A stretch of 17,043 bases of DNA from Pseudobacteriovorax sp. GTDB taxonomy: Bacteria > Bdellovibrionota_B > Oligoflexia > Oligoflexales > Oligoflexaceae. A program made the position numbers and the translations under genes. The DNA is taken from positions 1 to 17,043 of the forward strand of contig JBNKNM010000115.1 of NCBI GenBank assembly GCA_050293845.1. Direction: 5' to 3'. This document shows positions 16,189-17,043 of the stretch, in pieces. The notes under the pieces are model-generated. The model did no database searches. It had not been told where the DNA came from and saw only the letters and a list, made by a program, of their open reading frames with translations. Within the stretch, counting starts at the first letter, position 1, and each line of letters begins with the position of its first letter.

Positions 16189-17043
16189 TTAGAGAGAGGA
16201 TTGCGCCTCTTGGTATTCATCTTGAGGTATTAATTCTTCACACCAAGCAAAGGGGTCTTCCTCGATTCCATACTGTATATTCAATAAAGCTTTTTTAAGC
16301 CTTGCGGAGACAGGTCCTGTGCTTTCTGACAACTCATAAATCTCCCCTGTTTTTTCACCAAGACCTGCGACGGGTGTAATCACAGCTGCCGTACCACAAG
16401 CGAAAACTTCAGTGCATCGCTTGGACTTTATCTGGTTTATCAATTCATCTACATCGATTTCACGTTCATGAACTTTAATTCCTAAAGAACTCGCAAGAAG
16501 TAAAATCGAGTCTCTTGTAATACCTGGTAGGATGGTATTTTTCAGAGCAGGCGTGTGCAATTCTCCATCAATTACTGCAAAAAAGTTCATTCCGGAGAAT
16601 TCTTCAACGAAGCGGTTATGGCGAGGGTCAAGCCAAAGAGTCTGCTGAAAACCTAGATTCCGGGCATTTATTGCAGATTTTATAGATCCTCCATAATTTC
16701 CGGAGGTCTTTACTGCGCCAGTTCCTCCTGGAGCTGCCCGACAATCGTCTCTCTCCACAAGAGCGACAACACGCTCGGAACTAAAATAGGAGCCTGAGGG
16801 GCTGGCAAGAACGAAAAACTGATAAGTCGAGGATGATGCCAAGCTCAAACCTGAATCTAGGGCTATCATCACGGGCCGAATATAAAGAGATTCGCCTAAC
16901 TTACCTTGGGGAATATAGTTCTTAAGAGAGTAAACTAGCGATTGCACTGACTGGCAAAATATTTCCTGAGAAATTTGTGGCATAGCCATGCGATGGGCGG
17001 AAAGATTAAATCGCTTCCAGTTTTCCTCTAAACGGAAAAGCCT
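16189..17043 (-). CDS. ilvE: Branched-chain amino acid aminotransferase (5' end outside window)
   Basis: The frame is open to the window edge (RLFRLEENWKRFNLSAHRMAMP...). Motifs: 'SLYIRP', 'RAAPGGTGAVKTSGNYG' (PLP Lys), 'EEFSGMNFF', 'ILPGITRDS', 'EVFACGTAAVITPV'. Confidence 0.93.
   Translation of the reverse strand, partial: RLFRLEENWKRFNLSAHRMAMPQISQEIFCQSVQSLVYSLKNYIPQGKLGESLYIRPVMIALDSGLSLASSSTYQFFVLASPSGSYFSSERVVALVERDDCRAAPGGTGAVKTSGNYGGSIKSAINARNLGFQQTLWLDPRHNRFVEEFSGMNFFAVIDGELHTPALKNTILPGITRDSILLLASSLGIKVHEREIDVDELINQIKSKRCTEVFACGTAAVITPVAGLGEKTGEIYELSESTGPVSARLKKALLNIQYGIEEDPFAWCEELIPQDEYQEAQSSL

Noticed and set aside
1..17043. CRISPR array, IS/transposase, prophage, tRNA/rRNA
   Set aside because: No regularly spaced DNA repeats, mobile-element proteins or structural RNA signatures were recognised by eye.

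Overview
AT-rich bacterial chromosomal window. The gene content (a Cys-tailed STAS-like protein and a Myxococcus-style aspartokinase) suggests a Bdellovibrionota/Oligoflexia-like or related former 'deltaproteobacterial' host; this is inference. Left to right: a STAS-like Cys4 protein and a cheA-cheW pair, each behind a near-identical sigma-28-type promoter and separated by a 16-bp perfect inverted repeat; a secreted TPR/TatT-like protein; aspartate kinase (lysC); a PAS-HisKA-HATPase-REC hybrid kinase; a strongly divergent HemF-like protein; a ~930-bp gap with no long ORF; a PQQ-dependent sugar dehydrogenase; a degenerate alpha/beta-hydrolase; and a minus-strand ilvE(partial)-ilvD-ilvA-Dabb operon. 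No mobile element, CRISPR array, rRNA or tRNA was recognised. The most unusual element is the CheA. It has no P2 (CheY-binding) domain. It carries a ~250-aa N-terminal extension with four tandem acidic amphipathic helices resembling FliM-N/CheZ-C CheY-docking peptides, and it has a strong internal ribosome-binding site just before these repeats.
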